33,041 bases of DNA, taken from the sequence record NC_049343.1; one strand, written 5' to 3'. Source of the stretch: Escherichia phage 500465-2. Below are positions 31,802 through 33,041 of the stretch, in pieces. The notes beneath the pieces were generated by a model that saw nothing but the letters and a program-made list of their open reading frames with translations, ran no database searches and had not been told where the DNA came from. Position 1 is the first letter of the stretch, and each line of letters begins with the position of its first letter. Position numbers and translations under genes: made by a program.

Positions 31802-33041
<1,240 letters not shown>

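Overview
Escherichia-type chromosome carrying the late (structural) half of a P2-like myovirus prophage (about 1-25.7 kb), followed by core genes flk, yfcJ, fabB and mnmC and a partial IS110-family (IS621-like) element beside a REP sequence. Prophage order: putative cos region, portal Q(-), terminase P(-), scaffold O, capsid N, terminase M, head completion L, X, a lysis cassette with a T5-type M15 endolysin and overlapped spanins, tail/baseplate R-S-V-W-J-I, tail fibre H/G with a Gin-type invertible segment and invertase, the FI-FII-E/E'-T-U block (here on the minus strand), D and ogr. Accessory cargo sits at the right end: an AT-rich 340-aa unknown gene between D and ogr (best candidate for an undescribed anti-phage gene), a hok/sok-like type I toxin locus, and an AT-rich two-gene zinc-ribbon/secreted-protein cassette. 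Q, P, O, X and mnmC have reading-frame breaks at short homopolymers, so this may be an indel-prone assembly rather than real pseudogenes. All calls rest on reading the translated ORFs and the sequence by eye; no database search was run.
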